Shown: positions 8,085 through 16,989 of the stretch, in pieces
How positions within the stretch are numbered: position 1 is the stretch's first letter
Layout of the letters: each line of letters starts with the position of its first letter
Translations under genes and position numbers: made by a program
Notes under the pieces: model-generated
Databases searched by the model: none
The model's input: only the letters and a program-made list of their open reading frames with translations
What the model was told of the DNA's origin: nothing
Assembly: GCA_958448555.1 (NCBI GenBank)
Contig: CAUDEL010000005.1
Location: forward strand, 18,404 to 82,403
Source of the DNA: an uncultured Eubacteriales bacterium
GTDB lineage: Bacteria; Bacillota; Clostridia; Christensenellales; Aristaeellaceae
Reading direction: 5' to 3'
DNA: 64,000 nt

Positions 8085-9887
8085 TCAGCGCATCTGGCGC
8101 AGCAGCAGCACCAGACATTCACTGCCGCTGCCCAGCGTGGCGAGGGTCAAAAGCCGGTCGGAGGCCTGCACGTCCACATCGAAGGAATACAGGCTGTGCG
8201 CGCGGGCGCTCTCGACATAGGCCAGCATATCCGCGTCGGTTGCAAAGCTGGGATAGCCGGCGTAGTTGAAATAGTCGCTGCTGGTAGGATCGCTGCTGGC
8301 CACGATGACGGCAAAGAGAACGTAATCCGCTTCCTCATATAGCGTGGTGAGCCTTGCGGTGGTGGCCGACGCCACGAAATCGCGTCCGGCGGTGGCGTAT
8401 TGCCGGAGAGGAGCGAAAACCTTTCCCTCGATGGCCCCCTGGCCGCGCAAGAGCAGATTCTCCGGCGGGGAGCGCAGGGAACAGCTCTCGTCAACGAACA
8501 CAGCCCCCGCGTCGGAGGAGCTTCCCCGGTAGTTTCGGGTGAGGTAGTAGGTGTTGTTGCGCTGCACCACGACTTCCTCCAGCACGCCCGGGATGGTCAG
8601 CTTGCCCACCACATCCCCGTTTTCCTGGATGAGAGGCAGCAGGCTTTCCATGATGTTTTTCAGCGGATTGTCGGGATAGTCGCTCAGCCGGGTCCGGGGG
8701 CTGGGCGTCTGTGTGGGCGCGGCGGTCTCCTGGATGTTGCTGGTGTCGCGCTTGTTGAGGCTCTCCACGGCGTTTTCCCGGATGGGAATGACCGGCGTGG
8801 GCGAAGGCGTCTGCACGACCTGCGTGGGGACGGGCGTGGCGGTAGGCTCATACGTCTGCCCGGCGGGCAGCAGATCCACGCGCGCCGCGCCGCTTTGCAG
8901 GTCCGTGCCCGTGCGCTCAAGATAGCTCTCGCGCATGGTCTCCACCTCCCGTTCGTTTCGTGACAGAACGGTGAGGATGCGGCCGCCCTCCACCGCGCAG
9001 AAAACCACCATCATGAACGCGGCGATCAGCGCGACAACGCGCGCCGGCCGCACCGGGGGACGGGCAGGACGCCGCGTGGGCGGTGTGGAGCGGGAGGGCC
9101 GTCCCTCCGGGCTGGCCGCAGAGGGGCCGGTCGGCGCGGACGGCGGCGCCTGCATCTGCGCCGCAGGCTCAAAGGGGTCGCACAAGGATTCCTGCGGATC
9201 CCAGCAGGCGTCCGTTTCGGCCTGAGGGCCGGGGTCGGGAGAAAAAGCCGCGGCATCCGGCCGGTAGGGCTCGCCCGGCTCGAACGCCAGGGAATAGGGT
9301 GCGCCGGGTTCGCCGCCGGAGGGGAACAGCGGCGACTCCCCGGTACCGAAGGGCTCGGAGGGAAGATCAAAGGGCATCTGCGGCATGGGAGGAAGCGGCT
9401 GTGCCTCCAAAGGGATGCCCGCGGCCGCTTCCTCAGCCGCGTGTCGGGCGACCCGGCTGCGGCGCGCCGCCGGGTGCGCGGGCTGAGCCGGCTCCATGGG
9501 CGCGGCGGGGGGCGCCGACGCTTCGGAGGGCGCGGTATACAGGTCCACACGTTCCTGGGACGGCCTGCTGCGCGCATCCAGCGGCTGGCGCCTGAGATAG
9601 GGCGGAAGCCCGGAGGGAGGCGACATGCCGGGCGGCGGGGACTGAGGAAACACAGGCGCCGCTTCCCGCTCCGGCTGGGCAGGAAACGGCTTGGGCGGAC
9701 TCATCCAGTGCGCCGTGCCATAGAGCTGCCCGGGCTGGAGAGGCGCCATCACATGGGCGTCCTCGCCGTGCCGGACAGGCGTTTTCAAGCGGGAGGCATA
9801 ATCAATGGGCGCAAAGGGATTCGAGGCATCCTCCGGCGCGGACGGCCGGGCATCGCTGCCGCTCTGCGGATCGCTGCGCATCTCCAT
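8085..9887 (-). CDS. Membrane-anchored protein with a proline-rich N-terminal region and a C-terminal sortase-B-like domain carrying substituted catalytic residues
   Basis: A GGGAGGG RBS lies at the start, and ATG 9881 is an alternative. There is one TM segment (VVALIAAFMMVVFCAV). The C-terminal 230 aa align by eye to SrtB (GDVVGKLTIPG...VVVQRNNTYYL...GAVFVD...ENLLLRGQG...LLTLATL). Confidence 0.7.
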   Translation of the reverse strand: MEMRSDPQSGSDARPSAPEDASNPFAPIDYASRLKTPVRHGEDAHVMAPLQPGQLYGTAHWMSPPKPFPAQPEREAAPVFPQSPPPGMSPPSGLPPYLRRQPLDARSRPSQERVDLYTAPSEASAPPAAPMEPAQPAHPAARRSRVARHAAEEAAAGIPLEAQPLPPMPQMPFDLPSEPFGTGESPLFPSGGEPGAPYSLAFEPGEPYRPDAAAFSPDPGPQAETDACWDPQESLCDPFEPAAQMQAPPSAPTGPSAASPEGRPSRSTPPTRRPARPPVRPARVVALIAAFMMVVFCAVEGGRILTVLSRNEREVETMRESYLERTGTDLQSGAARVDLLPAGQTYEPTATPVPTQVVQTPSPTPVIPIRENAVESLNKRDTSNIQETAAPTQTPSPRTRLSDYPDNPLKNIMESLLPLIQENGDVVGKLTIPGVLEEVVVQRNNTYYLTRNYRGSSSDAGAVFVDESCSLRSPPENLLLRGQGAIEGKVFAPLRQYATAGRDFVASATTARLTTLYEEADYVLFAVIVASSDPTSSDYFNYAGYPSFATDADMLAYVESARAHSLYSFDVDVQASDRLLTLATLGSGSECLVLLLRQMR

Positions 9888-9957
9888 CCCTCCCTGGCAC
9901 GTTGCGTCATTTGGTTTTCATTATGGCGTTTTGCGTTGCGAATGTCAATTTCATGCC

Positions 9958-10629
9958 TCAGTGCCGGCCTGAACCGCCGCACTGATAGCATTTTCCCGAG
10001 CCCATGCAGGTCGTACAGTTCTGATCGACATATTCAAATGTGCCTGCAACCCATTTTTTGACGGTGCCGTTTCCGCCGCATTTGGGGCAGCGGCCCGAGC
10101 CGGAACAGACCGAGCAGGTAGGCTTGTCCCACTCATAGACCGTATCATTGGAAGAGACGCTGTTTTTGGGTTCCCTGACCTTGAAGGGCACCTCCGGCCG
10201 GATGCCGGAGTCTACCATTATGATGCCGCTTGACAGGGTGATTTGCACCGACGCGCCCGCGTTGCTGAAATTGGCGAGCTTGAGGACCTCGTTGCCGTCC
10301 CAGCTCCGATCGTCGAGTTTCTCCACATCCAGAGGTCCCACATAATCGAAGCGGTAGAGCCAGTCCGAATCATCGTCCACCCGCTTGAGATCAAACGGGC
10401 CGTCCTCCAGCAGCGCGGCGTATTCCGCAAAAGCGCGGTCGCACTCCTCCTCCGTCTGGAAAGCATAGGTCATCCATATGCTGTCGGAGCCGCCGGACTC
10501 ATTGGGCGCCACGCCGAAATAGGCGCCGGGATCGGGAAGAGCAAGGTAGTCCCCGGCGCTTGCCGCGGCACAGAGGAAAAGGAGGCTCAGAGAAAGAACG
10601 AGGCAAAAGAGAGAGCGCCCTTTCATCAT
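9958..10629 (-). CDS. Secreted protein with a C-terminal DnaJ-type CxxCxGxG zinc-finger module
   Basis: AAGGAGG lies 8 nt upstream of the start. The signal peptide is MMKGRSLFCLVLSLSLLFLCAAASA. The C-terminus reads CSVCSGSGRCPKCGGNG...CTTCMGSGKCYQCGGSG. Confidence 0.75.
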   Translation of the reverse strand: MMKGRSLFCLVLSLSLLFLCAAASAGDYLALPDPGAYFGVAPNESGGSDSIWMTYAFQTEEECDRAFAEYAALLEDGPFDLKRVDDDSDWLYRFDYVGPLDVEKLDDRSWDGNEVLKLANFSNAGASVQITLSSGIIMVDSGIRPEVPFKVREPKNSVSSNDTVYEWDKPTCSVCSGSGRCPKCGGNGTVKKWVAGTFEYVDQNCTTCMGSGKCYQCGGSGRH

Positions 10630-10792
10630 CGTTCTTTCCTCCTTCCAGACAAAGGTCCTTTCCTGCCTATCTTACAGGATTGCGCCGATGGTGTCAATCC
10701 AAAAGCGCCCGCCTTCGCACCCAAAAATATGGCAAAATCAGTAAGAACGGGGCGTTTTTTTGCCCGGCCTCTACCCAAGATGGACAAACTTT

Positions 10793-10800
10793 GGTATAAT
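10793..10800 (+). promoter_or_regulatory. Extended -10 promoter element for fba
   Basis: TGGTATAAT lies about 30 nt upstream of the fba start. I see no convincing -35 element. Confidence 0.4.
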
Positions 10801-10830
10801 AAGGGCACTACCGACAAGGAGGAGATACCC

Positions 10831-11760
10831 ATGGCCATGGTCAACACCAGGGAAATGTTCAAAAAGGCTTATGAGGGCGGTTACGCCATCGGCGCCTTCA
10901 ACGTCAACAACATGGAAATCATCCAGGGCATCACCGAGGGCGCGAAGGTGGAAAACGCCCCCCTCATTTTGCAGGTGAGCGCGGGCGCGCGCAAGTATGC
11001 CAAGCACGTCTACCTCATGAAGATGATCGAGGCCGCCATCGAGGACACGGACCTGCCCATCGTGGTGCACCTGGACCACGGCCCCGACTTTGAGACTTGC
11101 AAGAGCTGCATCGACGGCGGCTTCACCAGCGTCATGATCGATGGCAGCCACCTGCCCTTCGAGGAGAACATCGCCCTGACCCGCAAGGTCGTCGAATACG
11201 CGCACGACCGCAACGTGACCGTCGAGGCCGAGCTTGGCCGTCTGGCCGGCGTGGAGGACGACGTGAAGGTGTCCGCTGAGGATTCCAGCTACACCCGCCC
11301 CGAGGAGGTCGAGGAGTTCGCCACCCGCACCGGCTGCGACAGCCTGGCCATCGCCATCGGCACCAGCCACGGCGCCTTCAAGTTCAAGGGCGAGCCCAAG
11401 CTGCGCTTTGACATCCTGGAGGAGGTCTCCAAGCGCCTGCCCGGCTTCCCCATCGTGCTGCACGGCGCCAGCAGCGTCATTCCCAGCTATGTGGACATGA
11501 TTAACCAATATGGCGGCAACATGCCCGGCGCGCAGGGCGTGCCCGAGGAGATGCTGCGCAAGGCCGCGACCATGGCGGTTTGCAAGATCAACATCGACAG
11601 CGATCTGCGCCTGGCCTTCACCGGCGAGATCCGCAAGCACCTGGCCGAGCATCCCGATCACTTCGATCCCCGTCAGTACCTGACCGACGCGCGCAACGGC
11701 ATCCGCGAGATGGTCCGTCACAAGATCGTCAACGTCCTGGGCTGCAACGGCAAGGCGTAA
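10831..11760 (+). CDS. fba: Class II fructose-1,6-bisphosphate aldolase
   Basis: The N-terminus is MAMVNTREMFKKAYEGGYAIGAFNVNNMEI, and the protein contains VVHLDHG and the SHGAFKF motif. It is 310 aa from ATG 10831, which is preceded by AAGGAGGAG. The longer 505-aa ORF is an upstream open-frame artefact. Confidence 0.92.
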   Translation: MAMVNTREMFKKAYEGGYAIGAFNVNNMEIIQGITEGAKVENAPLILQVSAGARKYAKHVYLMKMIEAAIEDTDLPIVVHLDHGPDFETCKSCIDGGFTSVMIDGSHLPFEENIALTRKVVEYAHDRNVTVEAELGRLAGVEDDVKVSAEDSSYTRPEEVEEFATRTGCDSLAIAIGTSHGAFKFKGEPKLRFDILEEVSKRLPGFPIVLHGASSVIPSYVDMINQYGGNMPGAQGVPEEMLRKAATMAVCKINIDSDLRLAFTGEIRKHLAEHPDHFDPRQYLTDARNGIREMVRHKIVNVLGCNGKA

Positions 11761-11774
11761 GCCTGTTAAACGAC

Positions 11775-11812
11775 GCGGCGCGACTGAACAAGTCGCGCCG
11801 CAACTTTTTTTT
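11775..11812 (+). terminator. Rho-independent terminator after fba
   Basis: GCGGCGCGACT-GAACA-AGTCGCGCCGC is followed by a T8 run. Confidence 0.8.
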
Positions 11813-11885
11813 CGCCACTCAATCAAACGTCCCCGCCGTGCGTCTAATGGGTGAAAGCGCGCTTGAACAGAAGGAGGGGAAGCCT

Positions 11886-12353
11886 GTGACAAGGGAGGAC
11901 TTTGAGGGCCGCGTCCTGGACGCGCGGGAGAAGATGTACCGCGTGGCCAGGAGCTACCTTCAAGGGGAGCAGGACTGCCTGGACGCGGTGTCCGAGGCGG
12001 TGCTCAGGGCCTGGCAGAAGCGCTCGTCCCTTCGCCGGGAGGAGTTCTTCGACACATGGCTCATGCGGATTCTGATGCGCGAATGTGTCAACATCCAGCG
12101 CAGGCAAAGGCGCATGGTGCCCGTGGAGAACGTGCCGGAGAGGCCCGCGCCCGATGGGAATGTCGCCGCCCTGCGCGACGCGCTGGACGCCCTGCCCCCG
12201 AAGCTGCGCACCGTGACGGTGCTGCACTACATGGAGGGGTATGACGTTTCGGAGCTGTCGCGGCTGCTGCGCGTTCCCAAAGGAACCGTCACCTCCCGGC
12301 TGCACATGGCCCGCGGACGCCTGCGGGAGCTTTTGAAGGAGGATATCGAATGA
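11886..12353 (+). CDS. ECF-type sigma-70 family RNA polymerase sigma factor
   Basis: GTG 11886 lies 6 nt after AAGGAGGGG, and ATG 11847 is an alternative. Region 2 reads DCLDAVSEAVLRAWQK. Region 4 reads TVLHYMEGYDVSELSRLLRVPKGTVTSRLHMARGRL. Confidence 0.85.
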   Translation: MTREDFEGRVLDAREKMYRVARSYLQGEQDCLDAVSEAVLRAWQKRSSLRREEFFDTWLMRILMRECVNIQRRQRRMVPVENVPERPAPDGNVAALRDALDALPPKLRTVTVLHYMEGYDVSELSRLLRVPKGTVTSRLHMARGRLRELLKEDIE

Positions 12354-13141
12354 AACAATCCGAGTGGCGGCGCGCATATGATCCGGACCCGGTCCATCTG
12401 GAGGCGCGCGTGAGGCATACGCTCAAAAATCTTGATGCGGACCCGGCCGCGCGGCCGCATGCGCTGCGCACGGCGCTGATCGCGGCGCTGGTGCTGGCGC
12501 TCCTGTGCGGGATCGCGCTGGCGGTGTACGAGAGCCGCACGGCCGACCTGGCGGGGTGGTTCGGCGGTGAGGAGAGAAAGGAAGCGCTGCTTGCGGGCGA
12601 CATCGCGCCCTCGGGCGAGAGCACGCGGCTGGGCGATGTGGTCTATACGCTGGACGACGTGATCTACAAGGACGGCACGATCTACGGCAGCGGCGTCATC
12701 CGCGCGGCGGAGGGGGCCAACATCGTGCTGATTGACGAAAATTCGGGCATCTATGAGCCCGCGGGCTATCCCCTGCACTACGGCAAGGACTACACCGTGC
12801 CCGACGACGCGCCCAGCTACGTGGAGCTGGCGAAGGAGCGGGGGGCCAGGCTCATTCTGGCCAAATGCGTGGCAGACGGCGTGCTGGATGAAAACGGCGA
12901 GCCGGACAGCGTCGGCTACGACCAGGTTCCCCAGCCGGATGGCACCATCCGCTTCTATTTTGAGTTCGCGGGCCGCGAGGGCGGCATTGAGCGCGCAGAG
13001 AGCTATGACGTGATCCTCTCCATCGCCAACTGGGAGGTCACGCCCGAGGGCGAATGGCTGCGCGAGGACCCCGACAACACCTGGCTCAAGGACGAATGGG
13101 TCGTGACGGTCACGCCCGATAGGAAAGGAGATGCCCAATGA
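12350..13141 (+). CDS. Putative anti-sigma factor (single-pass membrane protein)
   Basis: Its start overlaps the sigma factor stop (ATGA). It has a short cytoplasmic N-terminus, the TM segment ALIAALVLALLCGIALAVY, and an extracytoplasmic domain. Confidence 0.6.
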   Translation: MKQSEWRRAYDPDPVHLEARVRHTLKNLDADPAARPHALRTALIAALVLALLCGIALAVYESRTADLAGWFGGEERKEALLAGDIAPSGESTRLGDVVYTLDDVIYKDGTIYGSGVIRAAEGANIVLIDENSGIYEPAGYPLHYGKDYTVPDDAPSYVELAKERGARLILAKCVADGVLDENGEPDSVGYDQVPQPDGTIRFYFEFAGREGGIERAESYDVILSIANWEVTPEGEWLREDPDNTWLKDEWVVTVTPDRKGDAQ

Positions 13142-14391
13142 AAAAACGTGGACTTTGCCTCGCGCTGTGCCTGTGCCTGCTGACGGGCGCCCTGCCTGCG
13201 CTGGCGCAGGACGGCGGCGCGCTGTGCGTGCTCAATGACGGCTGGTTCGTAAACGAGGATTATCTGGCGCAGTACCCGGACCGAAGCCTGGAGATGATCC
13301 CCGCCGAGTATCTTGACAACGGCATCGACACCAACCTGCGGGAGCTGCTCTTCACCACCGATTGGGATGTGGCCCGCATCACGACGGACGAGTTCACCCT
13401 TGGGGAGCTGGACGAGGCCGGGCTGCTCATGGACCTGACGGAGCTGTTCGGGGAAGAGAAGCTCTACCCCGCCGTGCGCGGGGCGGTCACGGTGGACGGT
13501 CGCATGATGGGCGTGCCCACGATGGGCTGGTACATGGGCGCCCGTTACAGCATGCATTGGCTGGATGGGGACCCCTATGGCCTGGGGGAAAAGCTGGGGC
13601 TTACGGAGGCGGACGAGCCGCATACCTATGCGGAGCTCTACGCCCTTGCGCAGAAGTATTTTGCGCTGGAGGCGGAAACGCGGCGCGGTACCCTCTTTTT
13701 CGATGGCATGCTGAACGGTCAGGCGGGCGTTTTGCTGCTTTCGAGCTTTATCGATCAGTATGCCGGGGAGTTTGCGGACGCGGAGGGAAACGTCGATTAT
13801 GATACCGACGCCTTCCGCGACGGGGTCCGGCAGATCGAGGAACTGACGGCGCTGCTTAGCGACAACCTCAAGCCCCTCTATAATGAAGGCTCCACCAGGC
13901 TGTACATGCTGGTCAGCGATGCGGCCAACCACCCGCTGGGGAACGAGACGCTGTTTTCCGTCGGGATGGAGCGAAAGGTGCCCATGCGGCTGGAGGTCTG
14001 GGTCATGAACGCTCGGACCGATAAGGCGGACGAGGCCGCCGACTACATCCGCGCGGCCATGGCGCGCACCGCCCCGGAATTTGCCCCGGCGCTGTACGAG
14101 GAATATGACTATACTGCCCTGCTGCGCGCCAGCCTCGACCGCGACATCGAGGCCCAGAAGGAGCAAAACGAGGCTCAGAGCGTGATCGACGAGCTCATCC
14201 GCCTGCGCGACGCCGGCGAGGCCGACGGGCACTACTACAGCCGGGAACAGCTCGAACGCTACCGCACGGAGGTCGCCCCCTATCTGATCTTCCCGAGCTG
14301 CGGGTATGTGGGCGGCTGGACGCCCGCAAGCAGCTACATGAAAGGCAAGCTGGACATGGACGGGCTGATCGCGGAGCTGAACAATCGGTGA
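13138..14391 (+). CDS. Secreted extracellular solute-binding-protein-like protein
   Basis: It is coupled to the anti-sigma gene by an ATGA overlap. The signal peptide is MKKRGLCLALCLCLLTGALPALA. It has SBP family-1-like stretches (GLLMDLTELF...AVTVDGRMMGVP). No cognate ABC permease or ATPase lies adjacent. Confidence 0.55.
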   Translation: MKKRGLCLALCLCLLTGALPALAQDGGALCVLNDGWFVNEDYLAQYPDRSLEMIPAEYLDNGIDTNLRELLFTTDWDVARITTDEFTLGELDEAGLLMDLTELFGEEKLYPAVRGAVTVDGRMMGVPTMGWYMGARYSMHWLDGDPYGLGEKLGLTEADEPHTYAELYALAQKYFALEAETRRGTLFFDGMLNGQAGVLLLSSFIDQYAGEFADAEGNVDYDTDAFRDGVRQIEELTALLSDNLKPLYNEGSTRLYMLVSDAANHPLGNETLFSVGMERKVPMRLEVWVMNARTDKADEAADYIRAAMARTAPEFAPALYEEYDYTALLRASLDRDIEAQKEQNEAQSVIDELIRLRDAGEADGHYYSREQLERYRTEVAPYLIFPSCGYVGGWTPASSYMKGKLDMDGLIAELNNR

Positions 14392-14564
14392 ACGAAACAC
14401 CGCGCATGCCTTTGGGGGCGCGCTTCGGAAGCGGAGCGCGTCCCTTTTTTCGCGCCACGCGCGCTTGTGTGAAATCCATGTGAGAAATCCGCCAAATCGC
14501 TTTTGTGGCGCAGTCTTCCCGTGTATAATGTAACACACAAAAATAGCCGGGAGAGTGAAAGACG

Positions 14565-15602
14565 ATGAGACGAATGGTAAGCGTGATACTCACCGTGGCG
14601 TTCATGCTGGGCGCCTTTGCCGCGTCCGCCGAGGGGACCGGGGCGCTGGACGCCTTCGCCGCCCTGACCGGACAGCAGGCCCAGATCAACGACCCGGGAA
14701 AGACCAACGCCGAGTACCTTGCGGATATCATGGCGGGCGTTTACGCTGCAAAGCCCGCGGATACCACGGCAGCCGCCGCGATGGCCCCCGCGTTGCCGTA
14801 TCTTTCGGGTATCAGCACGCGTGATATCGCCGCTTTTGCCTCGGCAAACCAGTATCCCGTGCGTCAGGTGCGCAACGCGTACTACAAGGCGCTGGCCAAC
14901 GTGTTTCACGCGGAGGTGCTGTGCAACCCCGCATCCGAGGAGCAGTACCGCAACGTGCAGGTGCTCCTTTCCCTGTTCCTTGAGGACGACGCCACCGCGG
15001 ATTCCGCGTCGCGCGAGGCCATCCGCAACAGCATGAACGCCACGAACGCCGCCGTCATCGCCGCCGGATACGGCCTGCCCGCCGGATTTGTGGAATTTGT
15101 GGTGATGGACGAAAACTGGGACGACGACAGCTGGGAGAACGACGATGACTGGCGCGCCGCCGTGGGCTGGGACGACGACGATATCTACGAGGACAGCAAC
15201 GACGACCTTGCCCTGGGCGACAGGGACACGGCGGATTCCTACCGCATTGCGGAGATGCAGGAGCGTCTGATTGCGCTGGGCTATCTGACCGGCAAAGCCG
15301 ACGGCGTGTTCGGTGAGCAGACCGAAGCGGCGCTGATTCAGTATCAGCTGGCCAACGGCGCGCCCGCTACCGGCGTGTTTGACGACGACGATTACGACGA
15401 CATGCTGTCCGTGGACGTGGTGGCCCGCTGGGATTACGACAACAGCTTCGATTACGACGATACGCCGGACGTTCAGGACTCTCCGGACCCTGCGCCCGCT
15501 CCCGCCCCCGCTCCCACAAGGCAGGATTCTCCGGACAATTCCCCCGATTATGATTCCTCCTACGATTCTTCCGGCGATTCTCCCGACTATGAAGACAGCT
15601 AA
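14565..15602 (+). CDS. Secreted acidic protein with a peptidoglycan-binding (PG_binding_1-like) repeat
   Basis: The signal peptide is MRRMVSVILTVAFMLGAFAASAEG. The motif IAEMQERLIALGYLTGKADGVFGEQTEAALIQYQ is present. The protein also has D/W-rich and D/S/P-rich tails. Confidence 0.75.
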   Translation: MRRMVSVILTVAFMLGAFAASAEGTGALDAFAALTGQQAQINDPGKTNAEYLADIMAGVYAAKPADTTAAAAMAPALPYLSGISTRDIAAFASANQYPVRQVRNAYYKALANVFHAEVLCNPASEEQYRNVQVLLSLFLEDDATADSASREAIRNSMNATNAAVIAAGYGLPAGFVEFVVMDENWDDDSWENDDDWRAAVGWDDDDIYEDSNDDLALGDRDTADSYRIAEMQERLIALGYLTGKADGVFGEQTEAALIQYQLANGAPATGVFDDDDYDDMLSVDVVARWDYDNSFDYDDTPDVQDSPDPAPAPAPAPTRQDSPDNSPDYDSSYDSSGDSPDYEDS

Positions 15603-16968
15603 CCACATCCCATTTCAGCGGGAACGCAGGGCAGGGCATGCCCTGCGTTCTTTTCGAGGAGCACTGTCCACGCCGCGCGGAAGGCAGCTTGCGCAAAACG
15701 CCGTGCTTTTGGCCGTGGCGGTGCTTGCGCTGCTGGCGCTGACGCTTACGGAGCAGTTCCGCGCGCCGCAGGAAGACGCGGTTGCGGGCGGCGCGGACGC
15801 TGCTCCGCCGTCTGAAGGCGGCGCGCTTCCCGTCCTGTCCATCGTTACGGAAAACGGACGTCTGCCCAACGGGGAGGACCTTTCCGCCCGCCTTACGCTG
15901 CTTCTTCCGGACGGGACGGAGTTTCAGACAATTTCCACGCGCATCGAAATCAACGAGCGTGGAAATACCAGCCGCCGCTTTCCAAAGAAAAGCTACCGTG
16001 TTAAAATAGTGGATGAGGAGGGGCAAAAACAGGACCTGTCCATCGCGGGCCTGCGCAGCGACGACGACTGGATTCTCAACCCGCTGTACACGGACACCTC
16101 CAAGATTCGAGAGGCGCTGGCCTACGACCTGTGGGCCCGGATGAATTCGTCTGGGCAGGCGGCGGCCGGCTCGCGCATGCGCTACGCCGAGATTTATTTC
16201 AACGGGCAATACTGGGGGCTTTACGGCGTTCAGGAGCGCATGGATCGCAAGCAGGTAGATGCCGATAAGCGCGGCGGCGTCCTCTACAAGGTGGCCGCCA
16301 ACGACCGCCCCACCGTGGAGGAACTGCTGGACTGCACAAGCCCGGAGCGCTGCGCGGGCTTTGAACTGACATTCTGCGGCGCGGGCGTGAAGGACCCTTG
16401 GGAGCCGGCGGCGGCGTACATGGCCTTTCTGGAGGGGGAAAGCTGCGGTGTGGACGCGCGGCTGTCCACGGCCAACGTGATCGACTACGGCCTGTGGGCC
16501 ATGCTCACGCAGGCGCACGATTGCCACTTCAAGAACCAGTACCTCAACTGCGTGTACGGAAACGGCTATACCCTGTACAAAATCCCGTGGGATCTGAACA
16601 ACACCTTTGGCGATGTGTGGCTCAACGCGGCAGAGGAAAGCAACCATACCGGATACAAAATTGGCGATCTGGTGATGGACGGGGCTTTCAGCATGCTGCT
16701 GGATACCGGCGGGGAAGAAGCGCTCCGCGCCGTTGAGGAACGGTGGAGGGAGTTGCGCCGCGAGACGATTACGCTTGAGGGGCTGCTCGAAAGGGCCCAT
16801 GAGCTTTACGCGCCGCTGCGCTCCGCCATTGAACGCGACAGCGCGCGCTGGCCCTCCTGCGGCATGGGCAACGGAAACGCGGCCAATATTCGGGATATCG
16901 AGGCGTATTTCCGGGCGATTCTGCCCCGGATGGATGCGTTCGTCTCCGGGCTTGCGGCGCGCCAGTAA
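15589..16968 (+). CDS. CotH family protein (atypical kinase fold), membrane-anchored
   Basis: The start was set at ATG 15589 (MKTANH...), overlapping the previous gene by 14 nt. The TM segment is AVLLAVAVLALLALTL. CotH-like motifs are RGNTSRRFPKKSYRVKI, LRSDDDWILNPLYTD and YFNGQYWGLYGVQERMD. Confidence 0.8.
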   Translation: MKTANHIPFQRERRAGHALRSFRGALSTPRGRQLAQNAVLLAVAVLALLALTLTEQFRAPQEDAVAGGADAAPPSEGGALPVLSIVTENGRLPNGEDLSARLTLLLPDGTEFQTISTRIEINERGNTSRRFPKKSYRVKIVDEEGQKQDLSIAGLRSDDDWILNPLYTDTSKIREALAYDLWARMNSSGQAAAGSRMRYAEIYFNGQYWGLYGVQERMDRKQVDADKRGGVLYKVAANDRPTVEELLDCTSPERCAGFELTFCGAGVKDPWEPAAAYMAFLEGESCGVDARLSTANVIDYGLWAMLTQAHDCHFKNQYLNCVYGNGYTLYKIPWDLNNTFGDVWLNAAEESNHTGYKIGDLVMDGAFSMLLDTGGEEALRAVEERWRELRRETITLEGLLERAHELYAPLRSAIERDSARWPSCGMGNGNAANIRDIEAYFRAILPRMDAFVSGLAARQ

Positions 16969-16989
16969 AGCAAAAGGGAGGAATGCGAC

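Noticed and set aside
10243-10830. N-terminal 196-codon extension of fba in the ORF track
   Set aside because: The extension overlaps the oppositely oriented zinc-finger gene and the promoter region. The canonical aldolase N-terminus begins at ATG 10831 after an RBS.
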